A DNA stretch of 64,000 nt from Betaproteobacteria bacterium (GTDB taxonomy: Bacteria > Acidobacteriota > Vicinamibacteria > Vicinamibacterales > CAVVIG01). Below the pieces are notes generated by a model, which saw only the letters and a program-made list of their open reading frames with translations, ran no database searches and had not been told where the DNA came from. The stretch lies in contig JBLMXQ010000018.1 in the NCBI GenBank assembly GCA_050257855.1, forward strand, positions 5,486-69,485, written 5' to 3'. Made by a program: the position numbers and the translations under genes. Shown piece by piece: positions 8,827 through 18,073 of the stretch. Every line of letters starts with the position of its first letter. Position 1 is the first letter of the stretch.

Positions 8827-9594
8827 TCAGGATCCGCCGCCAGACTGCGGCGTCGGCACGAGACGTCCGATGTCGAACCCGTTGTCTCGGGCGGCCGTCC
8901 GCGCCGCAGCGACGGACTCGTCGTTCAGATGCGGCGTCCGAGCGAGAATCCACAAGTAGTTCCGGTCGGGATCGCCGACGACCGCCCATGAGTAGTCCGG
9001 CGCGAGGCCGATGATCCAGTAATCTCCCCAGACGATCGGCAGCCACGACAGCCATGCGGGAGCGAACCGCACCTTCAGTCTGGCGAAGGTCTGCGTATCG
9101 ATGATGCGTGCGACGCCGCGCGCCTCGGTCTGACCGTCGGCGGTCCGGCACCGGTTCACCACGTCGAGGCGTCCGTCGGGGCGCCGGACGTAGCTGGCGC
9201 GCACGTCGCCGAGGCACTGACGCTGAAACCGATTGGGGAACCGCGCGATCTCGAACCAGTCGCCCGCATATCGATTCAGATCGACGAAGGGAACCGTCCG
9301 AACCGCCGCCGGCGTCTGCGCCAGCGCGGCGGCCGGCGGCAGCGTCGCCGCGGCGGCGAGAACGACCGCCGCCGCCCATCGGCGTGCGACCCGGGAATGC
9401 GCGCGGCCGACGCTGGCCCGCCCGATTCGATGGCGGTGCGCGAACGACAGGGTGAGCACAGGCCGGAGCAGGGCTGCCGCGACACGGTTCAGCGCGCCGT
9501 GGCGGGAGACCGCGCAGCCGCCTTCCTCGAGCACTCGAAGAAGGCGGCTGACGTTGTATCCGCTGGCGCCGGTGAGCAGGATCATGGCGGCCAT
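8827..9594 (-). CDS. blc: Bacterial lipocalin (Blc-like) with a chimeric N-terminal extension
   Basis: VDLNRYAGDWFEIARFPNRFQ (GxW), GDYWII, YLWILARTP; extension begins MILLTGASGY (Rossmann-fold remnant); true start uncertain. Confidence 0.8.
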   Translation of the reverse strand: MAAMILLTGASGYNVSRLLRVLEEGGCAVSRHGALNRVAAALLRPVLTLSFAHRHRIGRASVGRAHSRVARRWAAAVVLAAAATLPPAAALAQTPAAVRTVPFVDLNRYAGDWFEIARFPNRFQRQCLGDVRASYVRRPDGRLDVVNRCRTADGQTEARGVARIIDTQTFARLKVRFAPAWLSWLPIVWGDYWIIGLAPDYSWAVVGDPDRNYLWILARTPHLNDESVAAARTAARDNGFDIGRLVPTPQSGGGS

Positions 9595-9606
9595 GCTCCG
9601 ATCGTG

Positions 9607-10101
9607 CTATTCGACCGGCGGAAGCAGGACGGTGTCAACGACGTGAATGACGCCGTTGCTCGCGGCGATGTCGGTCTTGACGACCCGCGCCTTGCCCACC
9701 ATCACGGTGCCGCCGCTGACCTCGATGGGCAGCGTGTCACCGCTGACCGCTTTCGCGGAACTGAGCTTCACGACATCGACCGCCATCACCATGCCCGGCA
9801 CGACGTGATAGGTGAGCACGCGCCGAAGCTGCGCCTTGTTCTCCGGCTTCAGGAGATCGTCGAGCGTGCCCGCGGGCAGCCTGGCGAACGCCTCGTCGGT
9901 CGGCGCGAAGACGGTGAAGGGGCCCGGCTCCTTGAGCGTGGCGACGAGGTCGGCCGCCGCGAGCGCCCTGGCGAGCGTCGTAAACGATCCGGCTGCGACC
10001 GCCGTGTCGACGATGTCCCTGGTCTGCTGGGCGCGAGCCGGTGAGGCCGCGCCTAGGATTCCGACGAGCGCGAGCGAGGTGAACGCGAGCATGGTCTTCA
10101 T
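9607..10101 (-). CDS. Fasciclin (FAS1) domain secreted protein
   Basis: [37 protein letters not shown]; RBS AAGGAG; signal peptide. Confidence 0.95.
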   Translation of the reverse strand: MKTMLAFTSLALVGILGAASPARAQQTRDIVDTAVAAGSFTTLARALAAADLVATLKEPGPFTVFAPTDEAFARLPAGTLDDLLKPENKAQLRRVLTYHVVPGMVMAVDVVKLSSAKAVSGDTLPIEVSGGTVMVGKARVVKTDIAASNGVIHVVDTVLLPPVE

Positions 10102-10138
10102 GTGCACTCCTTGAAACAGGAACCGGGTGGTACTCGAA

Positions 10139-10378
10139 TCACGCGTGGTGGCCTGCCGGCTGCATCCAGCGGCCCTGGACGCGCTTCCAGAAGAGCGCCT
10201 GGTACAGGCCAGCCGCGCCGACCAGCCCGTACACGACAGCGGTCAATGCGGAGACCTCGCCAAAGGAGAGGCCGAACAGCGCGGCAACGAGATCGAACCG
10301 CGCGACGGCGACGAGTCCCCAGTTCAGCGCGCCGACAGCGACGAGCACGGCCGCAACGACATCGATGAGTTTCATCAC
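10139..10378 (-). CDS. DUF378 membrane protein
   Basis: [26 protein letters not shown]...[11 protein letters not shown]; RBS AGGAGG. Confidence 0.9.
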   Translation of the reverse strand: MMKLIDVVAAVLVAVGALNWGLVAVARFDLVAALFGLSFGEVSALTAVVYGLVGAAGLYQALFWKRVQGRWMQPAGHHA

Positions 10379-10393
10379 GTACCTCCTGATTTG

Positions 10394-10421
10394 ACTATAA
10401 TGAAATTAATTGTGCATACAA
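10394..10421 (-). promoter_or_regulatory. Sigma70-type promoter of the DUF378-fasciclin-lipocalin operon
   Basis: TTGTAT-N16-TATAGT in an AT-rich island, upstream of RBS AGGAGG. Confidence 0.6.
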
Positions 10422-10506
10422 ATAGAAACCAAGCCGCGGGGCAAACTCGTGTGAGCCTCGCGACAAGAACGGCGCGGAATGTGAACCACAGTCAAACGAG
10501 GAGCCG

Positions 10507-11094
10507 ATGCTGTCGAAGACGCTGCAGGACGGACTGACTGACTACGGGATTGGCGCCAAGATTCGCGCGCTGCGCCTGAAGAAGAAGATTGGCCTCGTCG
10601 ACCTTGGAAAGCACACCGGGCTGTCGGCGGCGCTCCTCTCGAAAATCGAGCGTGGACGGCTGTTCCCCACGCTGCCGACGCTGCTGCGCATCGCGCTCGT
10701 CTTTGGTGTCGGCCTGGAGTACTTCTTCGCCGGCGCGCGTGAAAGGCCGCTCGTCGTGATGACGAGGAAGAACCAGCGCGTGGAGCTTCCCGAGCGCCTC
10801 GGGGCGCGCGAGGCCGCCTATCGGTTCGCGTCGCTCGACTACCCGGCGACCGAGCGGCGCTTCAACTGCTACCGCGCGGAGTTCTTTCCGGTGGCGCGCG
10901 AGAAGCTACGGCCTCACGACCATCCGGGCGTCGAGTTCATCTACGTGATGGACGGGATCCTGAGTGTCCACATGAACGGCGGGGAACATGCGCTCGAGGC
11001 GGGCGACGCGATCTACTTCGATGCGACCATTCCACACGCGTACCGGCGCAGTGGCGGCCGACGGTGCAGCGCCCTCGTCGTTACCGCCCCTTAA
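10507..11094 (+). CDS. XRE-family HTH regulator with C-terminal cupin
   Basis: IGAKIRALRLKKKIGLVDLGKHTGLSAALLSKIERG; HDHPGVEFIYV...FDATIPHAY. Confidence 0.92.
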   Translation: MLSKTLQDGLTDYGIGAKIRALRLKKKIGLVDLGKHTGLSAALLSKIERGRLFPTLPTLLRIALVFGVGLEYFFAGARERPLVVMTRKNQRVELPERLGAREAAYRFASLDYPATERRFNCYRAEFFPVAREKLRPHDHPGVEFIYVMDGILSVHMNGGEHALEAGDAIYFDATIPHAYRRSGGRRCSALVVTAP

Positions 11095-11232
11095 GGCGAG
11101 CGAACGGCGGTTTCGACGCCGGCGACGGGTCACGCGGCCGGTGCTCTGTAACGGCGCTCGTGACACATCCGCGTGTCAGCTGAACGGCGCCGGGCGCGAT
11201 CATTCCGGTCGGGCCGCTTGCCGCCTTTTCCC

Positions 11233-11278
11233 TTGACGGCCTAGGAGAGCGGCCATACACTCCTAGGCTACCTAGGAG
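11233..11278 (+). promoter_or_regulatory. padR promoter with CCTAGG operator repeats
   Basis: TTGACG-N17-TACACT; CCTAGGAG(11240)..CTCCTAGG(11267) inverted repeat; third CCTAGGAG at 11271. Confidence 0.7.
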
Positions 11279-11287
11279 AAGTCATCC

Positions 11288-11629
11288 GTGCCGCGACAGC
11301 TCGAACTCCTGCAGGGCACTCTCGACATGCTCATCCTCAAGGCTGTTTCCCTCGGCCCGCTGCATGGGTATGGAATCCTGCTGCGCATCAAGCAGGTGTC
11401 GAAGGAACGCCTGGAGGTTCAGCAGGGGTCGCTGTATCCGGCGCTCTATCGCCTGGAACACCAGGGCTGGATCGCAAGTGAGTGGGGGGCGTCAGACAAC
11501 AATCGCAGAGCCAGGTACTACCGCCTTACGGCCGCAGGGAAGCGCAGACTTCAACAGGAGACCGACAACTGGAACCGCATGGCGGAAGTGATTGCAGGGA
11601 TTCTGGGAACAAGGCCGGAGGAAGTATGA
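11288..11629 (+). CDS. padR: Acidobacterial PadR-family regulator
   Basis: LELLQGTLDMLILKAV...LHGYGI...QQGSLYPALYRLE..GWI..EWGASDNNRRARYY. Confidence 0.93.
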   Translation: MPRQLELLQGTLDMLILKAVSLGPLHGYGILLRIKQVSKERLEVQQGSLYPALYRLEHQGWIASEWGASDNNRRARYYRLTAAGKRRLQQETDNWNRMAEVIAGILGTRPEEV

Positions 11630-14328
11630 GGCTTTGGAGCCGTCTTCGCCTGTGGCTGCGAGCCACGCTGCAGCGCTCTCGGATCGAGAGCGAGATGAAC
11701 GCGGAACTCCATTTCCATATCGAGGCCTACACGGAAGACCTGATGCGCGGTGGCCTCTCGCGCGGGGAAGCGATGCGCCGGGCAAGGCTGGATTTCGGCG
11801 GAGCAGAGGGAGTCAAGGAGGAATGCCGCGCGGCACGCGGCACGCAATTTCTTGACACTCTGGCACAGGACCTTCGGTATGCCGTTCGTACGCTGCGCAG
11901 ATCCCCCGGTTTCGCAAGCGTCGCCGTCTTGACCCTCGCGCTCGGGATCGGAGCCAACACGGCGATCTTCAGCGTCGTGAATGGCGTCCTGCTGAAGCCT
12001 CTCCCTTATCCCGATCCGGAACAACTCGTAAGCGTGGAGCTCAGCCCACTCGCGCTGAACCCGTCATTGCGCGGCATGGCGCCAGAGGATTATTTCGTCT
12101 TTCGTGACCAGAGCCGCACCTTTCAGGACATCGGTTTATATGCGGAGACCGACGCCGACCGCGACGTGAACGTCACCGGCTTCGCGGAGCCGGAACGCGT
12201 GCATGCCCTCGATGTGACGGATGGCGTTCTGTCGACGTTAGGCGTGCCGCCCCTGCTCGGCCGCATCTTCTCCCGGGCGGACGATTCTCCCGGGGCGCCG
12301 CTCACCGCTATCGTGACGTATGGCTACTGGCAACGAAGATTCGGCGCGGATCCTGCCGTGATCGGGAAGGCCATCGTCGTGGACGGGGAAGCGCGCGAAA
12401 TCATCGGCGTGCTGCCCCGTAATTTCCGTTTTCTCGATCAGCAGGATCTGAGCTTGATTCTGCCGCTCCAGCTGGATCGCAACAAGACCTACCTGGGTGA
12501 CTTCAGCTACTTCGGCATCGGACGTCTCAGCTCGGGGAGCACCCTCGCCGACGCCAACGCGGACGTCGCGCGGATGCTTCCCATTGCCCTGGACAGCTTT
12601 CCCGTTCCGCCCGGTCTCAGCTCCGATTTCCTCGAGAAGGCCCGTCTCGCTCCGAGCCTTGTGCCGCTGAAACAGGACATTGTCGGCGATCTCGGCACGG
12701 TACTCTGGGTGCTGATGGGCAGTATCGGACTGGTTCTGCTCATCGCCTGCGCCAACGTGGCGAATCTTCTGCTGGTGCGCACCGAGGGCCGTCAGCACGA
12801 GCTGGCCCTCCGAGCCGCGCTTGGCGCCAGCCGCCGGCGCGTCGCCGTTCAATTGCTCCGCGAGAACGCGATCCTTGGCCTGCTCGGCGGCATCTTCGGT
12901 CTCGGGCTGGCCTACGCCGCTTTGCGCGTTCTGGTCAGGTTCGCGCCGCCTGGACTCCCGCGCATCAGTGACATCGGCATCGATCCGCCCGTGCTTCTCT
13001 TTGCGCTGCTGCTCGCGATCTTTGCCAGTCTGCTTTCCGGGCTGATTCCAGTGGTCAAGCACGCCGGCCTCCGCGCGGGCCTTGCCGAAAACGGTCGAAC
13101 TGCCAGTCAGAGCCGAGAACGTCATCGCGCTCACGACCTGCTGGTTGCCCTGCAGGTCGCCCTCGCCCTCGTGCTGCTGATTTGTTCAGGTCTGATGATT
13201 CGTACTTTTGGCATCTTGACGCGCGTCGACCCCGGATTCGCAGGTCCCTCCGAACTTCAGACATTTCGCATTTCCATTGCGCATTCCGACGTGCCGGACG
13301 CCGCCAACGTCCCTCGGATGGAACAAGAGATCGTGGACAAGCTGGCGGCGATTCCCGGCGTGCCCTCGGCCGCTTTCGCGAGCGCCGTCCCCATGGACGG
13401 AGACAACCGTCTGGATAACGTGTTCGCAGCCGACCGTGTCTACGCGCAGGGCGCGTTGCCCCCGCTTCGACATCTCCTGTTCGTCTCGCCCGGATATTTT
13501 CGCACTCTGGGTATACCGGTCATCGCCGGCCGTGATCTCACCTGGACCGATACCTACAACAGAGTTCCGGTTGCACTGATCTCGGAAAACTTCGCCCGCG
13601 AGTACTGGGGCACGCCCGCCGGTGCGCTTGGCAGGCGCATTCGGATCTCCGCCACCGACGACTGGCGTGAAATCGTCGGCGTTGTCGGCGATGTGCACGA
13701 TGACGGGTTGGACAAGCCCGCCCGCACGAATGTCTACTGGCCCGTCCTGCTGGCACGCTTCCGCGGCCAGCCGCTCCGTGCCGATCGGTACGTCACTTTC
13801 GTCGTTCGTAGCCCTCTTGCCGGATCCGGCAGCTTCATGCACCAGGTTCGGCAGGCGGTCTGGTCCGTCGATGCCAAGCTCCCGCCTGCCGGCTTCAACA
13901 CGCTGGACTTCTTCTACGCCAGATCCCTGGCGCGCACGTCGTTCACCCTGGTGATGCTGGGTATTGCGGGCGCCATGGCCCTGCTTCTGGGCGCAATAGG
14001 GCTCTACGGTGTTATCGCCTACTCGGTTTCGCAACGCACTCGCGAAATCGGCATTCGTATGGCGCTCGGTGCGCTGCCGCAGGATGTCCTCAGGCCAATT
14101 GTGGGCGGCGGCATGGCTGTTGTTTCTGTCGGGCTCTCGATCGGCATCGTGGCCGCACTGGCTTTCAGCCGCCTTCTGTCGTCAATGCTCTTTGGCGTCC
14201 GGCCCGAGGATCCCCTCACCTACTCGGCGGTGGTGTTTCTGCTGGGCGCCGTCGCGTTAATCGCCTGCTACATCCCGGCGCGCCGCGCGACGCGCGTCCA
14301 CCCGGTGGTGGCGCTCAGGTGCGAGTAG
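11626..14328 (+). CDS. ADOP-type duplicated ABC permease (MacB_PCD/FtsX x2)
   Basis: ATGA overlap with padR; TLALGIGANTAIFSVVNGVLLKPLP; LLIACANVANLLL; RTREIGIRMALGA; IPARRATRVHPVVALRCE. Confidence 0.93.
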   Translation: MRLWSRLRLWLRATLQRSRIESEMNAELHFHIEAYTEDLMRGGLSRGEAMRRARLDFGGAEGVKEECRAARGTQFLDTLAQDLRYAVRTLRRSPGFASVAVLTLALGIGANTAIFSVVNGVLLKPLPYPDPEQLVSVELSPLALNPSLRGMAPEDYFVFRDQSRTFQDIGLYAETDADRDVNVTGFAEPERVHALDVTDGVLSTLGVPPLLGRIFSRADDSPGAPLTAIVTYGYWQRRFGADPAVIGKAIVVDGEAREIIGVLPRNFRFLDQQDLSLILPLQLDRNKTYLGDFSYFGIGRLSSGSTLADANADVARMLPIALDSFPVPPGLSSDFLEKARLAPSLVPLKQDIVGDLGTVLWVLMGSIGLVLLIACANVANLLLVRTEGRQHELALRAALGASRRRVAVQLLRENAILGLLGGIFGLGLAYAALRVLVRFAPPGLPRISDIGIDPPVLLFALLLAIFASLLSGLIPVVKHAGLRAGLAENGRTASQSRERHRAHDLLVALQVALALVLLICSGLMIRTFGILTRVDPGFAGPSELQTFRISIAHSDVPDAANVPRMEQEIVDKLAAIPGVPSAAFASAVPMDGDNRLDNVFAADRVYAQGALPPLRHLLFVSPGYFRTLGIPVIAGRDLTWTDTYNRVPVALISENFAREYWGTPAGALGRRIRISATDDWREIVGVVGDVHDDGLDKPARTNVYWPVLLARFRGQPLRADRYVTFVVRSPLAGSGSFMHQVRQAVWSVDAKLPPAGFNTLDFFYARSLARTSFTLVMLGIAGAMALLLGAIGLYGVIAYSVSQRTREIGIRMALGALPQDVLRPIVGGGMAVVSVGLSIGIVAALAFSRLLSSMLFGVRPEDPLTYSAVVFLLGAVALIACYIPARRATRVHPVVALRCE

Positions 14329-14390
14329 CCGCAGCTCATGGGCATGCTCAGCCGGGCTCAGCCGACAAACGCTTCTATCGCAAGTTCGAC

Positions 14391-14758
14391 CTAAATGTCC
14401 GAAGTGGAACCGACGACGCGGACGGGATCGTCGTTACGTACACGACCAGCCTCGGCGATCGAAGCATACAGGCCGACACACTGATTCGACTCGCGCACGA
14501 TGGTTCGCAGCACGGATGGGTCACGGCGCAGATCCTTCTGGGCGTGCATCGGCATTGCACAACGGATTGTCAGCATTTCGCCCCTGACGACGACCTCGCC
14601 GATGCCGACGGCACGACCAACCCAATCGTCCTCGACAACGCGGCCCGCCGACTCGGTGTCGATCAACACGTTCGGCCTGAACCGCCGAACGTCCCAGACC
14701 GCCGTCGAATTCATCGCCGCCAGCCGCCGAAACGTCGAGGATGTCAACAGGTGAATAC
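14391..14758 (-). pseudogene. MOSC-domain C-terminal fragment
   Basis: IHLLTSSTFRRL..RRFRPNVLID..EDDWVGR..IRCAMP..CVGLYASIAEAGRV; in-frame stop just upstream, N-terminus missing. Confidence 0.7.
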
Positions 14759-14989
14759 CGGCAAGGCGACACCGCTACATGTCCATCCGGAAGCCGACGA
14801 AACGACCTACGTACTCGAGGGTGAAATTCAGACCCAGGTCGAAGGCACCCAGGAATCGCTCGGCCCCGGCGCGGTCCTGATGGTGCCACGAGGTGCCAAT
14901 CCGACGCGCTTCTCGAACGCCTCATGGCCGCAGCCAAGCGAACACGGCTCAAGGTCCTGGGCCCGCCACCGTTCGCTTCGTTGGCGTAG
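14751..14989 (+). pseudogene. Cupin-domain relic, 5'-truncated with internal deletion/frameshift
   Basis: GKATPLHVHPEADETTYVLEGEI..GPGAVLMVPRGA, then another frame DALLERLMAAAKRTRLKVLGPPPF*. Confidence 0.65.
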
Positions 14990-15040
14990 GCATCGTCAAC
15001 CACGACCGTCGCAGCCGATTTCGAGAGCAAGAGACGGATG

Positions 15041-16462
15041 TCATCGCATGATCTCGATTGACCCGACGACCCTGCGGAACGTGTCTTCGTAGTGCGAGAA
15101 GCGGTCGCGCGGAGCGACCCCGAGCGCGTAGAAGAGGTTCCCGTCCTCGAGCAGCATCGTGAAGACCGCGAGTTGCTCCTGCTGACCGGCGGCGTTTGAC
15201 CCGTTCGACAGGACGGTGTGGAGACCCTGACGGCCGCCGACGACCGTCCGATCGTACGAGGACGGACGACTCAGATTCGGGTTGCTGCGCGCCAGCGTGG
15301 AGAGGAACTCGTCGGTCGCGGTCCGCAGATCCCGGGTCGAGTTAGGGGCGACCCCGATCTCCATGCCATGCGTGAAGTTCCCCTGCCCACTCGCATTGCC
15401 ATACGCGCCGTCTGGCGCGAACGTGACCGCGTTGCGGCCGGGCTGCTCGAGCCAGTTCGAGGGGACGCTGACGCGGAACAGGTTGCCCTCGGTGTAGGCG
15501 GTATAGGTCGACGAGGGCGACGCGATGCCGCCCGAAGGACTGCCCGACAGAGGTCCGCCCGGCACTGGCGCGGAGCCGCTCCGGCCCCCCGCGCTGCGGG
15601 TCGCTTCTGCCGTCGTCGGCGCCGGGGCCATTCCGCGCAGCCGCGCCTGCGCCTGCGTGAACGCGCGCGTGTCGTGCACCGGGTTGCGCACCGCGAGCAT
15701 CTGCGCTTCGCGGGTGATCGCCTCGTAACGGTTGCCCGGATCGGGATGGTCGCTCAGCCACTCGGGACCACCCTGGCCGCTCTGCCTTTCGATCGTCTTG
15801 AACATGTTGGCCATGTCGAGCGGGTCGTACCCGGCGCGAGCCATGATGTGCGAGCCGAGCAGATCTGCCTGGCGCTCGTCCTCGCGACCGAATCGCAGGA
15901 ACGCCGTGCCGAGCCCAAACTGCGTGCCTTGCGACACGACGCTGCCGACCCGGCCGCCGATGATGGCGCCTACTACCTCGCCCAGGAGCGTGCCGACCTC
16001 GTACTTCGTCGCTTTGCTCGCCTGAGCCGTTCCGTGCCGCAGCGCGACGTGACTCAGCTCGTGCGCCATCACGCCGGCCACTTCTCCCTCGGTCGTCGCT
16101 GCCTCGATCATGCCGCGATTGACGAACATCGGTCCGCCGGGCAACGCGAACGCGTTGATCTCGCGCACGTTGACGACCTGGAACGAATAGCGGAACTCGG
16201 CATGCCGAAGCTCCTCCGGAATCGCGTCGACGAGCCGGCGTCCGACCGACGTGACGAGCGCGGTCACGTCCGCCTCGTGCAGGATCGGCAGCTGCTGTTC
16301 GACCTCCAGGGCGGCTTTTCGCCCGAGCTCCACGTCCTGCGCCGGCGTGTATTTGTTCTCGGGCGGCGTGATAACGGTCTGCGCGCCGGGCGCGGCGACC
16401 GCCAGCGCGACGCTCGCGATGACGGTCCAGCTGACGCGCGTGAACAATGTGTTCATAGCCAT
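15041..16462 (-). CDS. M48-family zinc metalloprotease, secreted, with C-terminal accessory domain
   Basis: Signal peptide; INAFALPGG; HELSH (HExxH); ERQAD; SDHPDPGNR. Confidence 0.92.
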   Translation of the reverse strand: MAMNTLFTRVSWTVIASVALAVAAPGAQTVITPPENKYTPAQDVELGRKAALEVEQQLPILHEADVTALVTSVGRRLVDAIPEELRHAEFRYSFQVVNVREINAFALPGGPMFVNRGMIEAATTEGEVAGVMAHELSHVALRHGTAQASKATKYEVGTLLGEVVGAIIGGRVGSVVSQGTQFGLGTAFLRFGREDERQADLLGSHIMARAGYDPLDMANMFKTIERQSGQGGPEWLSDHPDPGNRYEAITREAQMLAVRNPVHDTRAFTQAQARLRGMAPAPTTAEATRSAGGRSGSAPVPGGPLSGSPSGGIASPSSTYTAYTEGNLFRVSVPSNWLEQPGRNAVTFAPDGAYGNASGQGNFTHGMEIGVAPNSTRDLRTATDEFLSTLARSNPNLSRPSSYDRTVVGGRQGLHTVLSNGSNAAGQQEQLAVFTMLLEDGNLFYALGVAPRDRFSHYEDTFRRVVGSIEIMR

Positions 16463-16560
16463 CTCCGCCTGACGCCGACGGAAGAGATCGTCCGGACGCG
16501 AGGTCGGCGTACGAACCTGGGGACGACACCCGGCGACCGCCTGGCGATCCAATACCGCCG

Positions 16561-16713
16561 CTAGACGATGGCGCGGCGGCCGCTCAGCAGCCCGACGATG
16601 AACAACACGACAGCGACGACCAGCAGCAGATGCAGGATCGGTCCAATCGTAAACGCCCCGAAGAAGCCGAGCAGCCAGGCGACGAGGAGAATGACGGCAA
16701 TCGTGTACAGCAT
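16561..16713 (-). CDS. lmo0937-family 50-aa membrane protein (not in ORF track)
   Basis: MLYTIAVILLVAWLLGFFGAFTIGPILHLLLVVAVVLFIVGLLSGRRAIV*; RBS GGGAGAG. Confidence 0.85.
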   Translation of the reverse strand: MLYTIAVILLVAWLLGFFGAFTIGPILHLLLVVAVVLFIVGLLSGRRAIV

Positions 16714-16962
16714 GGCGATCTCTCCCTTTCAACTGCGAGTGAGCTTGCGCCCGCGACCGGACCGGAGGCGATCCCCTGGCCCTACGCTCTTCAGTCTGCC
16801 GTAATCGCCGATGTGTGTCTGTTCCTTTGAGCACACTGCACGTAGCGGGTGATTCGCCTCAAGGGTCCCTGGCGGCATCGCAGCTTCAGAGCGTGGCCGA
16901 CCTGTGGCCTCGTTGGGCGACCCAGAGAGGGTGCATCTCACCAGTTTGCTATATTCAGCCGC

Positions 16963-17913
16963 ATGACGGTCCTGGACTGGCTGCTCGATTCCGACCCAGC
17001 CATCCGCTGGCAGGCGTTGCGCGATCTCGTCCATGCGCCGGACGAGGTTGTCGCGGCGGAGCGAACGCGGGTGGCCGCCGAGGGCTGGGGTGCCAGACTG
17101 CTGGCGCTGCAGGGCGAAGACGGCCAGTGGGCGGGAGGCGCATGCTTCCCGGCGCGAAGCTCGAACTGGCGCGACGAGAACCAGGGCCAGCCCTGGACCG
17201 CCACGCTGCCCACACTCCAGCTGCTATGCGATTTCGGGGTCGACCCGCGCTGCGACCGGGTGCGCCGGGCGGTGGCGATGGTGAGAGACCACTGCCGTTG
17301 GGAGCACGCCGGGCAGCCGTTCTTCAGCGGCGAGGTCGAGCCGTGCATCAATGGCAGGACCGTCACACTGGGCACCTACTTCGATCAAGACGTCGATGGC
17401 GTGGTCGCCCGCCTGCTCGGTGAGCAGCTCGAGGACGGCGGCTGGAACTGCGAGGTGGAGAACGGTTCCGTCCGCTCGTCGTTCGCGACCACGATCAACG
17501 TCCTGGAAGGATTGTTGGCGCACGAGCGCGCAACCGGTGGCTCGGCAGAATCCATCGCGGCCCGGCGCCGGGGCGAGGAGTACCTCCTCGAACGAAAGCT
17601 GGCCCGACGTAAGAGCACCGGCGAAGTGGTCGACCCAGCCTGGCTGCAATTCTCGTTTCCGACCCGCTGGCACTACGACGTGCTGCGTGCCCTCGAATAC
17701 TTCCGCTCGGCCGGGGAGGTGCCGGACTCGCGGATCGACGAAGCGATCGATTTGCTCCGATCCAAGCGGCAGCCCGATGGCGCCTGGCTGCTGGAGAACA
17801 CGCATCCCGGCAAGGTCCACTTTGCGCTCGAGGACGGCGACGGTCGGCCCAGCCGGTGGAACACGCTGCGGGCGCGGCGTGTGCTCAGCTGGTACGAGCA
17901 GTCCGCTACCTGA
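16963..17913 (+). CDS. Conserved protein of the prenyltransferase/squalene-cyclase-repeat superfamily
   Basis: MTVLDWLLDSDPAIRWQ, QLEDGGWNC, FSFPTRWHYDVLRAL, SRWNTLRA; leaderless-type TGC-TATATT-N7-ATG. Confidence 0.75.
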   Translation: MTVLDWLLDSDPAIRWQALRDLVHAPDEVVAAERTRVAAEGWGARLLALQGEDGQWAGGACFPARSSNWRDENQGQPWTATLPTLQLLCDFGVDPRCDRVRRAVAMVRDHCRWEHAGQPFFSGEVEPCINGRTVTLGTYFDQDVDGVVARLLGEQLEDGGWNCEVENGSVRSSFATTINVLEGLLAHERATGGSAESIAARRRGEEYLLERKLARRKSTGEVVDPAWLQFSFPTRWHYDVLRALEYFRSAGEVPDSRIDEAIDLLRSKRQPDGAWLLENTHPGKVHFALEDGDGRPSRWNTLRARRVLSWYEQSAT

Positions 17914-18001
17914 GCCGCGGCCGATCCCCTGCGTCGAGGCGGGTACGGCGGCGGTTCATTGGAGTTCGCGAAACCGCGCGCGACGTGATCGTGGCGGGCG
18001 G

Positions 18002-18070
18002 ATCGCGGCGGGGATTCCCGCCCGTCGCGCCGCCAGTGTGGATCCGGCAGAAGCGCTCAGGGCGGAGTGA
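18002..18070 (+). pseudogene. Orphan C-terminal tail of an ADOP permease
   Basis: IAAGIPARRAASVDPAEALRAE*, matching the C-termini of the intact permeases in this window. Confidence 0.7.
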
Positions 18071-18073
18071 TCC

